A stretch of 64,000 bases of DNA from an uncultured Desulfosarcina sp. (GTDB taxonomy: Bacteria > Desulfobacterota > Desulfobacteria > Desulfobacterales > Desulfosarcinaceae), in assembly GCA_963674945.2 (NCBI GenBank), contig CAXXWQ010000004.1:2880001-2944000 (forward strand). The letters run 5' to 3'. Shown piece by piece: positions 28,700 through 37,818 of this stretch. The first letter of the stretch is position 1. Each line of letters opens with the position of its first letter. The notes under the pieces are model-generated. The model saw only the letters and a program-made list of their open reading frames with translations, searched no databases and was not told the origin of the DNA. A program made the position numbers and the translations under genes.

Positions 28700-28854
28700 A
28701 CCATTTTACTATTGCTGTGCCATTGTTTGAACATCAACGAAAATGGAGCGGCAAGTTCCCTTTGCAGCACATTCGCTCGTCATCCCCTTCGCGATTTACC
28801 CATCCTGCCGTCGTCTCCAAAGTCCATCCCATCGGTCAGAAAAGGAGGTCGCCC

Positions 28855-29172
28855 ATGATCGCAAAAATCATCATTAAAAGACGATTTACCAAGGAAAACC
28901 GACCACAAATCCTCTCCCTTCTTAACAAAATCAGGACCATCGCCCTGGAACAACCGGGTTATATCTCCGGAGAAACCCTGATGCAGCCGAACTTTCCCGA
29001 AAACATGGCCGTCATCTGTACATGGCAAAGCATGGCAGACTGGGAACGTTGGAGAAACAGCGAAGAACGGAAAAAATACGAGGAGATGTTAGAAATCTAT
29101 CAAACGAGGCCGACGGAACATGAAGAATATGTTCTTGGTACTTCGTTTAAAGAGGGAGCCACTGTAACATAA
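28855..29172 (+). CDS. antibiotic biosynthesis monooxygenase (ABM)-family protein
   Basis: QPGYISGETL, TWQSMADWERW; SD AGGAGG. Confidence 0.82.
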   Translation: MIAKIIIKRRFTKENRPQILSLLNKIRTIALEQPGYISGETLMQPNFPENMAVICTWQSMADWERWRNSEERKKYEEMLEIYQTRPTEHEEYVLGTSFKEGATVT

Positions 29173-29287
29173 ATGCCAAGATGCGATGAAAAATGATTTT
29201 ATCCTTTGATTTATACAAATCCTTTTTAATAGCAGTATGTTAAAAATGGACAACGGAGGGCTCTATTTTTAGATGATTTGTCCTTCA

Positions 29288-30172
29288 TCAAGGGATAAGC
29301 GTGGAGACCAGGGATTGGCCCAAAAAATCGCCTCTCAGCAGGCATACGGCACCCCAATCATTTTCAGTGATCTTTTTTGCTGGAAAAAAACCGAGGCGTT
29401 CATAGGAGGAACAAATGTCATCCATTTCGGCGATGCGTAAGCCGGAAAAGATGGCCATCCCGTCACATTCTAACCTTTCATCCAATTGATCTCTCAACGC
29501 GAACAACGTCGGAAAACGTAGGTTTGCCAAAACCAGGTCTATGGATCCGGGCAAGAGGTCCAATCCTTTGCCCGAGATCCTGATCCGTGCGTCCAAATCA
29601 TTGAGAAGTACATTTCTTCTCGCTTCGAATACACAGCAAGGATCGATATCGACCCCCCATATGGATCCGACACCCATTTTCGCTGCCACGATGGCAAGAA
29701 CACCCGTTCCGGTTCCGATGTCCACCGCACGGAATGCGCCCAATCGATTTCGCAGTTGGCTTTGATAGAGAAACGCATCCATCAATCGAATGGCCAATCT
29801 TGTGGACGGATGTTCCCCGCCACCAAAGGAGGCGCCTCGTTCCAGGAAGACGGCGCATGGACCGTCCCTGGAAGAGCGATGAAGGGAAGACGGTTTAATT
29901 ACGACATTATCTGATATCTGTTGTGGCGCATCGTAAGAAACTTCGATATAGGTGCCGCCGAAATGTGTCGTATAGCGAAGCTTCCCCTCTTCTACCAGTT
30001 GGTTCACAATTCTTTTCAGCGTTTTCTTGTCGATTGGGTTCTCCGATCGAGCATAGGACTGCAGTTTTGAAAAATTAACCTTTGAAGAAGATTCTGAAAT
30101 GAATCGATAAATTTGGGTGGCAAAACTTCCCATCGGCTGTGAAAATTCCCATGGCTGGCGGTCATGATTCAA
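29288..30172 (-). CDS. PrmA-like SAM-dependent methyltransferase with atypical N-terminus (start uncertain)
   Basis: SFGGGEHPST, DIGTGTGVLAI, DID, LANL, FSG. Confidence 0.8.
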   Translation of the reverse strand: MNHDRQPWEFSQPMGSFATQIYRFISESSSKVNFSKLQSYARSENPIDKKTLKRIVNQLVEEGKLRYTTHFGGTYIEVSYDAPQQISDNVVIKPSSLHRSSRDGPCAVFLERGASFGGGEHPSTRLAIRLMDAFLYQSQLRNRLGAFRAVDIGTGTGVLAIVAAKMGVGSIWGVDIDPCCVFEARRNVLLNDLDARIRISGKGLDLLPGSIDLVLANLRFPTLFALRDQLDERLECDGMAIFSGLRIAEMDDICSSYERLGFFPAKKITENDWGAVCLLRGDFLGQSLVSTLIP

Positions 30173-30181
30173 AAAGGGCGT

Positions 30182-30535
30182 TTAATCGAGGCCCTCTATC
30201 TTCAACAAATTACGGTGCCACAACGCAAATTCATACATTCCTATGAATCGGTCATCATCATTCACGATGCCGATTGCCATTTCCAAGACGCCTCTTCCGT
30301 AGCTGTTGGAGTATTCTTCCAAGGTTCTTGACTGTAAGAACTCGCGAACCAGCATTTGAGCAGTCCGATTGCTTTTATCCTTTCGAATATCGATGGGGTC
30401 TTTCGGCTTTTCAAAAGGATTCCAATTGTCATACCCGACTTTGTTGATAATATGTTTCTGTCTCCGGGCAGACATGGATTCGAAAATGGCCTTTTTCTTG
30501 TCCTCTTCGGAAAAACCATTACCCATTTCCGCCAC
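30182..30535 (-). CDS. hypothetical protein
   Basis: Overlap-coupled with the upstream gene; SD GGAG; protein-like composition. Confidence 0.75.
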   Translation of the reverse strand: MAEMGNGFSEEDKKKAIFESMSARRQKHIINKVGYDNWNPFEKPKDPIDIRKDKSNRTAQMLVREFLQSRTLEEYSNSYGRGVLEMAIGIVNDDDRFIGMYEFALWHRNLLKIEGLD

Positions 30536-31220
30536 CTTTCTCCTCTTTTTTTTCAGAACATTGTTCTTCGCTCTTTAGCCCCAGATACTCTTCATCGAAA
30601 ACGGTCAACAGCGCCATGGAAAGCGGCATCAAAACCTCTCCCATTTTCACATGCCTGGATTTAATCAGCGAAACGATTTCATGAGAAAGCTGTTGAAGCT
30701 TTCCATTTATCGCATCGATATTCACCGTTGGGTACGATTCACCCTCAGAAAAACCGGACAAGCCACACGTATGCCCCCTCCCGCCGATGGAGGTCGGGAT
30801 GCCGTAAAGTCGACAGGTAATCGGTCTATGCTCATATAAAACGCAACGATCTTCATCATTCAACAATGGACAACGCACTCGTTGGGCTGCCATTTCAAGA
30901 AGCACCTGCTCTTCCGACTTCTCCCCAGACGAAACCGATTTAAATGCCTTTCGTTTCAGTTGATAGGTCATTCGATCGGCCTTATTGGCAATCTCCAAGA
31001 CTTCACACCTTCGGTTTTCTGTGGCCTTTTCCAGAAAGCTTCGATTGATGTAGAGTGCTTCCACTAGGGAAAGATCGAAAAGCGCATGACAACAATCCGC
31101 GCAGCCCAATTTACAGGCAACGAGTTCCCCGTATTTTTCCTTTACCTGACGGAAAACATCATCAACCTGTTCCACCAGGGCTTCATACTTCTTAAAAACA
31201 CCATCCAATTCGGGTATCAT
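30519..31220 (-). CDS. YkgJ-family (CxxxCxxCC) cysteine cluster protein
   Basis: CKLGCADCC, CPLL..C.LYEHRPITCR. Confidence 0.85.
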   Translation of the reverse strand: MIPELDGVFKKYEALVEQVDDVFRQVKEKYGELVACKLGCADCCHALFDLSLVEALYINRSFLEKATENRRCEVLEIANKADRMTYQLKRKAFKSVSSGEKSEEQVLLEMAAQRVRCPLLNDEDRCVLYEHRPITCRLYGIPTSIGGRGHTCGLSGFSEGESYPTVNIDAINGKLQQLSHEIVSLIKSRHVKMGEVLMPLSMALLTVFDEEYLGLKSEEQCSEKKEEKGGGNG

Positions 31221-31239
31221 TCGTCGATTCTCCATCGAA

Positions 31240-31255
31240 TGTTTCACGTGAAACA
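31240..31255. promoter_or_regulatory. parS: parS centromere-like site
   Basis: Perfect palindrome TGTTTCACGTGAAACA. Confidence 0.9.
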
Positions 31256-32665
31256 CTATTTGCCGATACAAAACTGATTAAAAATTTGATCGTAAAGTCC
31301 ATCTTGTTGTTGATCCCCAGTGATTTCACCAAGAAGCTTCCGTACACGCATGAGTGTATCGGAAATGAATTCCAATGAGTTTTCATGGAATTCTTCCAAA
31401 TTTTCCTTACGAAACTCCCTTATCACATTTTCCAGAATTTTTCGTTGTCTCAAATTAGGTGAAACGCGATTATCGCGATTCATTGAATCGGGTTTCACCA
31501 TTGCAAAAAAAATACGTTCTTTCAATTTATCGATGTTGGTTCCATATTTTGCAGACACCCGCAAAGCGCGTATGGGATGAAGATGCTTTTGGATGCGGTC
31601 CATTGTTTCTTCCTCGCCAATATCCGCTTTGTTGATTACGTAAATCCTCTTTTGCTTCATCGTCATGTCTGTTTCTTTGATCTCGTACTCGCTGAGGTCA
31701 CGGGAACCGTCAAAAACCATCAGCACCAAATCAGCTGCCCGTATTTGCTCTTTGGCCTTAACGATTCCCATGCATTCCACGGGATCTATTGTCTCTTGTA
31801 TACCGGCCGTATCGCAGATCATTACCGGAACGCCGTTAATGGAGATGTAGTCTCGGACAACATCCCTTGTGGTTCCGGGAAATTCGGAGACGATAGCGGT
31901 TTCTTTTTGAACCAATTGATTCAATAAACTCGATTTTCCGACGTTGGGCACACCGGCTATCGTCAAGGAAAAGCCTTCTTTGTAAATAGCCGCTTCTTTC
32001 TGCCGCAGGATGAGATCGTTGATGTGCGGAATCAGTTGCCCATTGATTTCATCATTAATCCCATGACCGTTTACTGATTCTTCTATCTCTTCTGAAAATT
32101 CTATCTGCGCCTCACATCTTGCCAGTAACGTGTTTACCTGTTCGACAAGCCCTTGTACAATATTTCGAAATCCTCCTGTCACTTGCTCGCTGGCCATCTG
32201 TGCGGCCGTTTCACAAGGGGCGTTAATAAGATCGATGATACCCTCGGCTTGGGTAAGATCGATCCGTCCATTCATAAACGCGCGTTTGGTAAATTCTCCG
32301 GGTTCTGCCAGTAACGCCCCGTTATCGAGGACCATTTCTAATATTTTTTCCAGAACCACATAACCGGAGTGGGAGTGGATTTCTACCACATCCTCTCTTG
32401 TATAACTCTTTGGACCGGCCATATAAATAGCCAACACCTCATCTACCAAATCCATCGAAACTGGATCGACAATGAATCCATAATGAATTTTATGAGATGG
32501 TAAAAAGGCCGTTTCGCGATCGGAGGAATCGCTTGTTTTGATTGATTTCGTACCGGAAAACAGACGCTTGAGAATGGTAAGAGATCTCGGACCGGAAATT
32601 CGAATGATGCCGATTCCACCGGTTCCCAAAGGTGTGGCGATGGCGGCAATCGTCGTATCAATCAT
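31256..32665 (-). CDS. mnmE: tRNA modification GTPase
   Basis: TIAAIATP, GVPNVGKSS, GTTRD, DTAG, NKAD, FCIGK. Confidence 0.97.
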   Translation of the reverse strand: MIDTTIAAIATPLGTGGIGIIRISGPRSLTILKRLFSGTKSIKTSDSSDRETAFLPSHKIHYGFIVDPVSMDLVDEVLAIYMAGPKSYTREDVVEIHSHSGYVVLEKILEMVLDNGALLAEPGEFTKRAFMNGRIDLTQAEGIIDLINAPCETAAQMASEQVTGGFRNIVQGLVEQVNTLLARCEAQIEFSEEIEESVNGHGINDEINGQLIPHINDLILRQKEAAIYKEGFSLTIAGVPNVGKSSLLNQLVQKETAIVSEFPGTTRDVVRDYISINGVPVMICDTAGIQETIDPVECMGIVKAKEQIRAADLVLMVFDGSRDLSEYEIKETDMTMKQKRIYVINKADIGEEETMDRIQKHLHPIRALRVSAKYGTNIDKLKERIFFAMVKPDSMNRDNRVSPNLRQRKILENVIREFRKENLEEFHENSLEFISDTLMRVRKLLGEITGDQQQDGLYDQIFNQFCIGK

Positions 32666-32707
32666 GGGAGAATTTTTATTTTTGTTTTGTTTTAGAAAAA
32701 TAGAAAA

Positions 32708-33481
32708 TCATTCCTTCTTCCTTCGCTTATTCCAGCCCTGCTTTTTAGGAAATATCATCAATTTTCGATAGTAGCCATCGCCGATACTCTGGGTTCGAAC
32801 TCCTTCTTCGTCTTTGAGTTGAATATGGACGATTCGACGATCGTGGGCATTCATCTGTCCGATGGTGACCGGTTTTTTTATTTTTTTTGCCTTTTCCGCC
32901 ATGCGCATGGCAAGCTTTTTGAGATTGCTTTTTCTTTTTTCGAGATACCCTTCCACATCAACAATCGTTCTTACACGATTGGTGCTTTTCTTATTAATCA
33001 TTTTTTCCAGCAAATATTGTATTGCTTCCAGCGTTTGACCGCGCTTTCCGATGAGCACGCCGCTATCGCCTCCGGTTATGGAAAAAAACAATTTGTTCTC
33101 TTTTTGATTCCAATCCACAGTAGCGCCGATTGTGATTTCATCGACGATGGTTTGCAACGCGTTCTTTCCGTATTCTGCGAGGTCATCCGTAATCTCAATA
33201 TGCTCTTGCGCAACTTCAGAAACACTGCTTTCGGGTATCGTCGGTGTTTCTGGCTGTCTCGGTCGTTTCTCCTGTTTTTTAGCCGAAGCAGTCTGTTTTT
33301 TTTCGGCTTCCACGAATACTTTGATCTTCGCCTTTTTTACACCCACCAGTCCGAAGATCCCACTGGATCCATAGGATACGACATCATGCTTGATTTTTTC
33401 TATCGGGATGGAAAGTGTTTGGCTCGCCAGTTCAAGCGCCTGTTCGACGTTTTTTCCAATAAAATCGTATGTTTTGACCAT
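32708..33481 (-). CDS. jag: Jag/EloR (KhpB) RNA-binding protein
   Basis: Jag N-domain, KH motif LIGKRGQTL, R3H motif RRIVH. Confidence 0.93.
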   Translation of the reverse strand: MVKTYDFIGKNVEQALELASQTLSIPIEKIKHDVVSYGSSGIFGLVGVKKAKIKVFVEAEKKQTASAKKQEKRPRQPETPTIPESSVSEVAQEHIEITDDLAEYGKNALQTIVDEITIGATVDWNQKENKLFFSITGGDSGVLIGKRGQTLEAIQYLLEKMINKKSTNRVRTIVDVEGYLEKRKSNLKKLAMRMAEKAKKIKKPVTIGQMNAHDRRIVHIQLKDEEGVRTQSIGDGYYRKLMIFPKKQGWNKRRKKE

Positions 33482-33498
33482 AGAATTGCCTCCAGTAA

Positions 33499-35169
33499 TT
33501 ACCTGGTTTTCTTTTGGACATAGTATTGCTGGCCGATGGAAAGAAGGTTGTTGGTCAGCCAGTACAGCACCAGTCCAGAGGAGAAATTGATAAAGATAAA
33601 AGTGAAAACCACTGGCATGAGCATCATCATCTTGGCTTGGGTTGGATCACCGGGAGGGGGTGACATTTTTTGTTGAAGAATCATCGTAGCACCCATGATT
33701 ATGGTCAGCACCGGAATACCGGTCGGTGGCTGCATGAACGGGATCGAGAAACCAAAATTCAATAGTCGGTCAGGTGCGGATAGGTCGTTAATCCATAAAA
33801 AGAACGGTGCGTGCCGCAATTCGATTGCTTGATAGAGCATTCGATAGAGGGCAAAGAAAACGGGAATCTGCAGAATCATCGGTAGGCATCCGCCCACCGG
33901 ATTGACCTTGTATGTTTTGTACAAGGCCATCAATTCCTGATTCATCTGTTGTTTGTCGTCTTTGTATTTCTCTCGGATTTCCGTCATGAGAGGTTGAAGT
34001 TTCTTCATCTCGCTCATGGACTTATAGCTCTTGTTTCCCAGAGGCCACAGCAAAATCTTAGTAAATATGGTCAACAAGATGATGGCAATGCCATAATTCG
34101 GCACAACATGGTGAATCTGATTCATGAACCAGAGGCAGGGTTTGGCGATGAAATTAAAGAATCCAAAATTCAGTGCTTTTCCCATGTCGTGCCCGAGGCT
34201 GTTGAGCAAATTCATGCTCTTGGGCCCCATGAACAGGGAATAATGAAATGTCTGTTGGCTTCCCGGCAAAATTTCAAACAGTGGATGGATCAGACGATTG
34301 AAGACGACGTCTTTTTCCACCTCTAATTTCATTGTTCCGTTAATATCCGTTTCGGGAATGATACTGGTCATGAAATATCGATCTTCTATACTGATCCATC
34401 TGATATTCCCTTTGTATTCGTTATTTTCTTCTATTTTTTTTGTTTTGACCTGTTCGAGATTGTCGTCAATCAATGCGCTGGGTCCGGTAAACCCATACCC
34501 CTTGTTCTCCTCGATGGTTTTTCTGACCGAAACGACGAACTGATCCCGCAACGGTCGATCGGTTCCATTTTTTATCTGGATTTTTAGATCGATAAGATAG
34601 GATTTGGGATCGAAGGTGTAGCTTTTGGTTACCAACGTGCCGTCTTCGGCGATCCAATGAAAATCAAGTTGCTGTGCCTCATCAATGGCCTGAATGTAGT
34701 CGGATGGTTGAGAAACCGAAAAATAGGCTTGATCCATTCCGTTGAGAGATTTTGCGGCAAGGGCGGTGAAGATATTTCCCCGCGAAAAGGAAGGCGGAAT
34801 GAGTTGCTTGTTCGGTGAATCCGTTTGAACCGTCTCTCGGTATTGTTTCAATATATAGCTATCGAAAGTTGCACCGCGACTGGAAAGTCGGGTCGTGTAG
34901 AAAGGTGTCTCGACGGTAATCTGGCGGATATCTTTCCCGTCATCCTGGGATTTGCTTATTTCTTTCGCCTCTTTTTGAATTTCCGCGATCTTTTGCGAAT
35001 CGACTTCCATGTGTTCCGGCTTTTCATCCGTGGCCGGTTGGGGTTTCGAATTTGTCTGACGCATCGTCTGTTGTTCATCAACGGGTGGCCTTTCAACAAA
35101 AAAAACAGACCATACGAAGAGGACAAGAAAAGATAGTCCAATGGCCAAAAGCAGTCGAACTTGTTCCAT
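33499..35169 (-). CDS. yidC: membrane protein insertase
   Basis: NYGIAII, NPVGGCLP, WINDLS, GLVLYW. Confidence 0.96.
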   Translation of the reverse strand: MEQVRLLLAIGLSFLVLFVWSVFFVERPPVDEQQTMRQTNSKPQPATDEKPEHMEVDSQKIAEIQKEAKEISKSQDDGKDIRQITVETPFYTTRLSSRGATFDSYILKQYRETVQTDSPNKQLIPPSFSRGNIFTALAAKSLNGMDQAYFSVSQPSDYIQAIDEAQQLDFHWIAEDGTLVTKSYTFDPKSYLIDLKIQIKNGTDRPLRDQFVVSVRKTIEENKGYGFTGPSALIDDNLEQVKTKKIEENNEYKGNIRWISIEDRYFMTSIIPETDINGTMKLEVEKDVVFNRLIHPLFEILPGSQQTFHYSLFMGPKSMNLLNSLGHDMGKALNFGFFNFIAKPCLWFMNQIHHVVPNYGIAIILLTIFTKILLWPLGNKSYKSMSEMKKLQPLMTEIREKYKDDKQQMNQELMALYKTYKVNPVGGCLPMILQIPVFFALYRMLYQAIELRHAPFFLWINDLSAPDRLLNFGFSIPFMQPPTGIPVLTIIMGATMILQQKMSPPPGDPTQAKMMMLMPVVFTFIFINFSSGLVLYWLTNNLLSIGQQYYVQKKTR

Positions 35170-35311
35170 TTTTTTCTCCTAGACGCTAATTTGCGCCATT
35201 AGTCGGGACACATCCGTTTATTCTTGAATTCTCAGAAAAAAGCAAAAAATTCGCGGAAGGCGGTCACGGCGGGCGTGGAACCGAGCGGGTTAATTTTCGA
35301 ATGGAAAAATT

Positions 35312-35524
35312 TTACGGCACCGGATCAAATCCTCCCGGATGAAATGGATGGCACCGTAAAATTCTTTTGATCGCGAGCAAGCCACCACGATATATGCCAT
35401 ACGTGCTGATGGCCTGATAAGCGTATTCTGAACAGGTCGGAACAAATCGGCATGCCGGCCCCAAAACGGGTGAAATCGTTATCCGGTAGAACCTTATAAG
35501 AAAGAGTGCCAGCTTATCGACCAT
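35312..35524 (-). CDS. yidD: membrane protein insertion efficiency factor
   Basis: [24 protein letters not shown]. Confidence 0.95.
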   Translation of the reverse strand: MVDKLALFLIRFYRITISPVLGPACRFVPTCSEYAYQAISTYGIYRGGLLAIKRILRCHPFHPGGFDPVP

Positions 35525-35903
35525 GATTATATTCGGGCTTTCTCGCGATTCTCTTGAAACCAGACCGAAGGTTATCTCGAATTATCGAAGCCCCATGTTT
35601 TCCGGAAGATTTTTTCGCAATGACGTTAATATCCAGCTGGCCCGGCAAAATACCTCTGTTCAATCGAAAATATTCGCGAATGAGTCGCTTGATCCTGTTT
35701 CTTGTAACAGCATTCCCGACTTTTTTAGAGACGGTAATGCCAAGGCGAGATCTTGAAAACTGGTTTTTCGAAACGACGAATATAAAATGGTCGCTATGGT
35801 GGCGAATCCCATTTTTTTTTAGAAATTGATATTCTTCAGATAACCTTATGCGATCTGCCTTGGTAAAAGTTAATATTTTCAACCAAATAGAATCCTTATC
35901 CAT
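35514..35903 (-). CDS. rnpA: ribonuclease P protein
   Basis: [21 protein letters not shown]. Confidence 0.94.
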   Translation of the reverse strand: MDKDSIWLKILTFTKADRIRLSEEYQFLKKNGIRHHSDHFIFVVSKNQFSRSRLGITVSKKVGNAVTRNRIKRLIREYFRLNRGILPGQLDINVIAKKSSGKHGASIIRDNLRSGFKRIARKPEYNHGR

Positions 35904-35973
35904 TTACGTGAAAATATTGGGGCACAATTTTGTCAATCCAATGAGGTTTTGGGTCGTCTATCACGCGAATAGA

Positions 35974-36108
35974 CTATAATGCCAATCGTTTTCTTCCTTT
36001 TGCCCTTCGCCGATTGATGATGCGCCGTCCCGCTTTGCTCGACATTCTTTTTCGAAAGCCATGGGTACGAGCCCTTTTCACTCTGCTCGGTTGGTACGTA
36101 CGTTTCAT
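35974..36108 (-). CDS. rpmH: 50S ribosomal protein L34 (44 aa, absent from the ORF track)
   Basis: [44 protein letters not shown]. Confidence 0.97.
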   Translation of the reverse strand: MKRTYQPSRVKRARTHGFRKRMSSKAGRRIINRRRAKGRKRLAL

Positions 36109-36270
36109 CGTAAAATTTCCTTTTCTCCGTTGTTAATAATGGTATTTCAGTGCCCACCAATGCGATTGGTTGAATCGGATACTCTAACCATACGAAACAG
36201 TCGGTGTCAAGCCGTAATGTTGCCGGTGTCACATCCCGGTGTGACCACTTTATATCGGTATGTTGTATTT

Positions 36271-37818
36271 TTATATAGAATCGGAAGTATTTTCTATTAT
36301 TTCGAATTCTTCTGTATGGTATTGACTATCTGGATAGATGGTAATTTGCTTATTGATTTTCTTCTCGAGGCCAGGAATGAGGTTATTTTCCTCCTCATGG
36401 AGGTACTCTGCCACTTGGGGGTTGACGCGCAATGTTAGCCGTAATCCGGTCATATCCGAAGCATATCGCAAAATTTCTCTATATACAGAATAACATACCG
36501 ATTTTATTGATATAACGTATCCTTCCCCTTCACAATAGGGACAAGGGTCGCAGAGTAGCCGCGTCAGTGGTTTGCGGGTTCTTTTCCTAGTCATCTGAAT
36601 GAGTCCCATCTCTGAAATGGGAAGAATATGGGTTTTGCTTCTATCTTTGGCAAAAGCCTCGTTGAGGGCGGAAAACACCTTTTCCTGATTGGATTTTTTT
36701 TCCATATCGATGAAGTCGATAATGATGATCCCACCGATATCACGCAATCGAATCTGGTAGGCGATCTCTTTGACCGCTTCCAAATTTGTTTTCAAGATGG
36801 TCTCTTCCAGATTGTGTTTTCCCACATATCGACCGGTATTCACGTCGATTGCCACCAGCGCCTCGGTATGTTCGATGACGATATACCCCCCAGAACGGAG
36901 CCAGACTTTTCGATTCAACGCCCGGGATATATCCCCTTCCAGGTTGTAGGCATCGAAGATCGGTTCCATTCCTTCGTACAATTCAACCGACTCTTTCAGG
37001 GATGGATTGAAGGTATCAAGAAAACGCAGAACCGATTCAAAATCCTTCGGCGAATCGATAACCAGTTTTTCCGCCTCCTGAAGGAGTAAATCCCTTACCG
37101 CCCGCAGGCTGATGGTAAGTTCTTGATGCAGCAAAGATGGCGTCGACGCCGTCTGATACTTTTTCTGAATGTTGCACCAGAGGTTTTTTAAAAAACCCAT
37201 CTCATAGGCGATTTTTTCCTTTTTTACACCCTCTGCAGCCGTTCGCACGATGTAGCCCATCATACTATTGTTGGATAATTCGGTGACGATTTGCTTTAGA
37301 CGCTGCCGTTCTTCTTCGTCTTCGATACGACGGGATATGCCGATATGGGAAGATGTGGGCATCAGGACCAGAAATCGTCCTGGTAGCGAAATATTGGATG
37401 TAATTCTCGCGCCCTTCGTACCGATGGGGGATTTGGATACCTGAACGAGCACCTCCTGACCCTCATGGATCAGATTTTCGATATTCTCTTTTTCCTCTTT
37501 TGGCTTATAGACATCCTCTCCTTTGTTTTCAAATCGTTCATCCTCATCGAAATCTTCACAACAAAAATGTTCTTCGATGTCCGAATAATTATCCCGAACC
37601 ACATCATCCACATAGATAAAAGCTGCCTGGTGCAATCCGATATCCACAAAAGCCGCCTGCATACCCGGTAATACGCGTTGCACGCGCCCCTTATAGATAT
37701 TTCCCGTGCTGTCTCGGCTGTCTCGTCGCTCTATAAAAAGTTCGACGATGGTTTCATCCTCCACGAGAGCGACTCTTGTTTCATGGTCCGCTACGTTGAT
37801 AATAATTCGTTTAGACAT
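36271..37818 (-). CDS. rng: ribonuclease G (Rne/Rng family)
   Basis: GNIYKGRVQRVLPGMQAAFVDIG, IDVNTG, IIDFIDM, CPYCEG. Confidence 0.93.
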   Translation of the reverse strand: MSKRIIINVADHETRVALVEDETIVELFIERRDSRDSTGNIYKGRVQRVLPGMQAAFVDIGLHQAAFIYVDDVVRDNYSDIEEHFCCEDFDEDERFENKGEDVYKPKEEKENIENLIHEGQEVLVQVSKSPIGTKGARITSNISLPGRFLVLMPTSSHIGISRRIEDEEERQRLKQIVTELSNNSMMGYIVRTAAEGVKKEKIAYEMGFLKNLWCNIQKKYQTASTPSLLHQELTISLRAVRDLLLQEAEKLVIDSPKDFESVLRFLDTFNPSLKESVELYEGMEPIFDAYNLEGDISRALNRKVWLRSGGYIVIEHTEALVAIDVNTGRYVGKHNLEETILKTNLEAVKEIAYQIRLRDIGGIIIIDFIDMEKKSNQEKVFSALNEAFAKDRSKTHILPISEMGLIQMTRKRTRKPLTRLLCDPCPYCEGEGYVISIKSVCYSVYREILRYASDMTGLRLTLRVNPQVAEYLHEEENNLIPGLEKKINKQITIYPDSQYHTEEFEIIENTSDSI

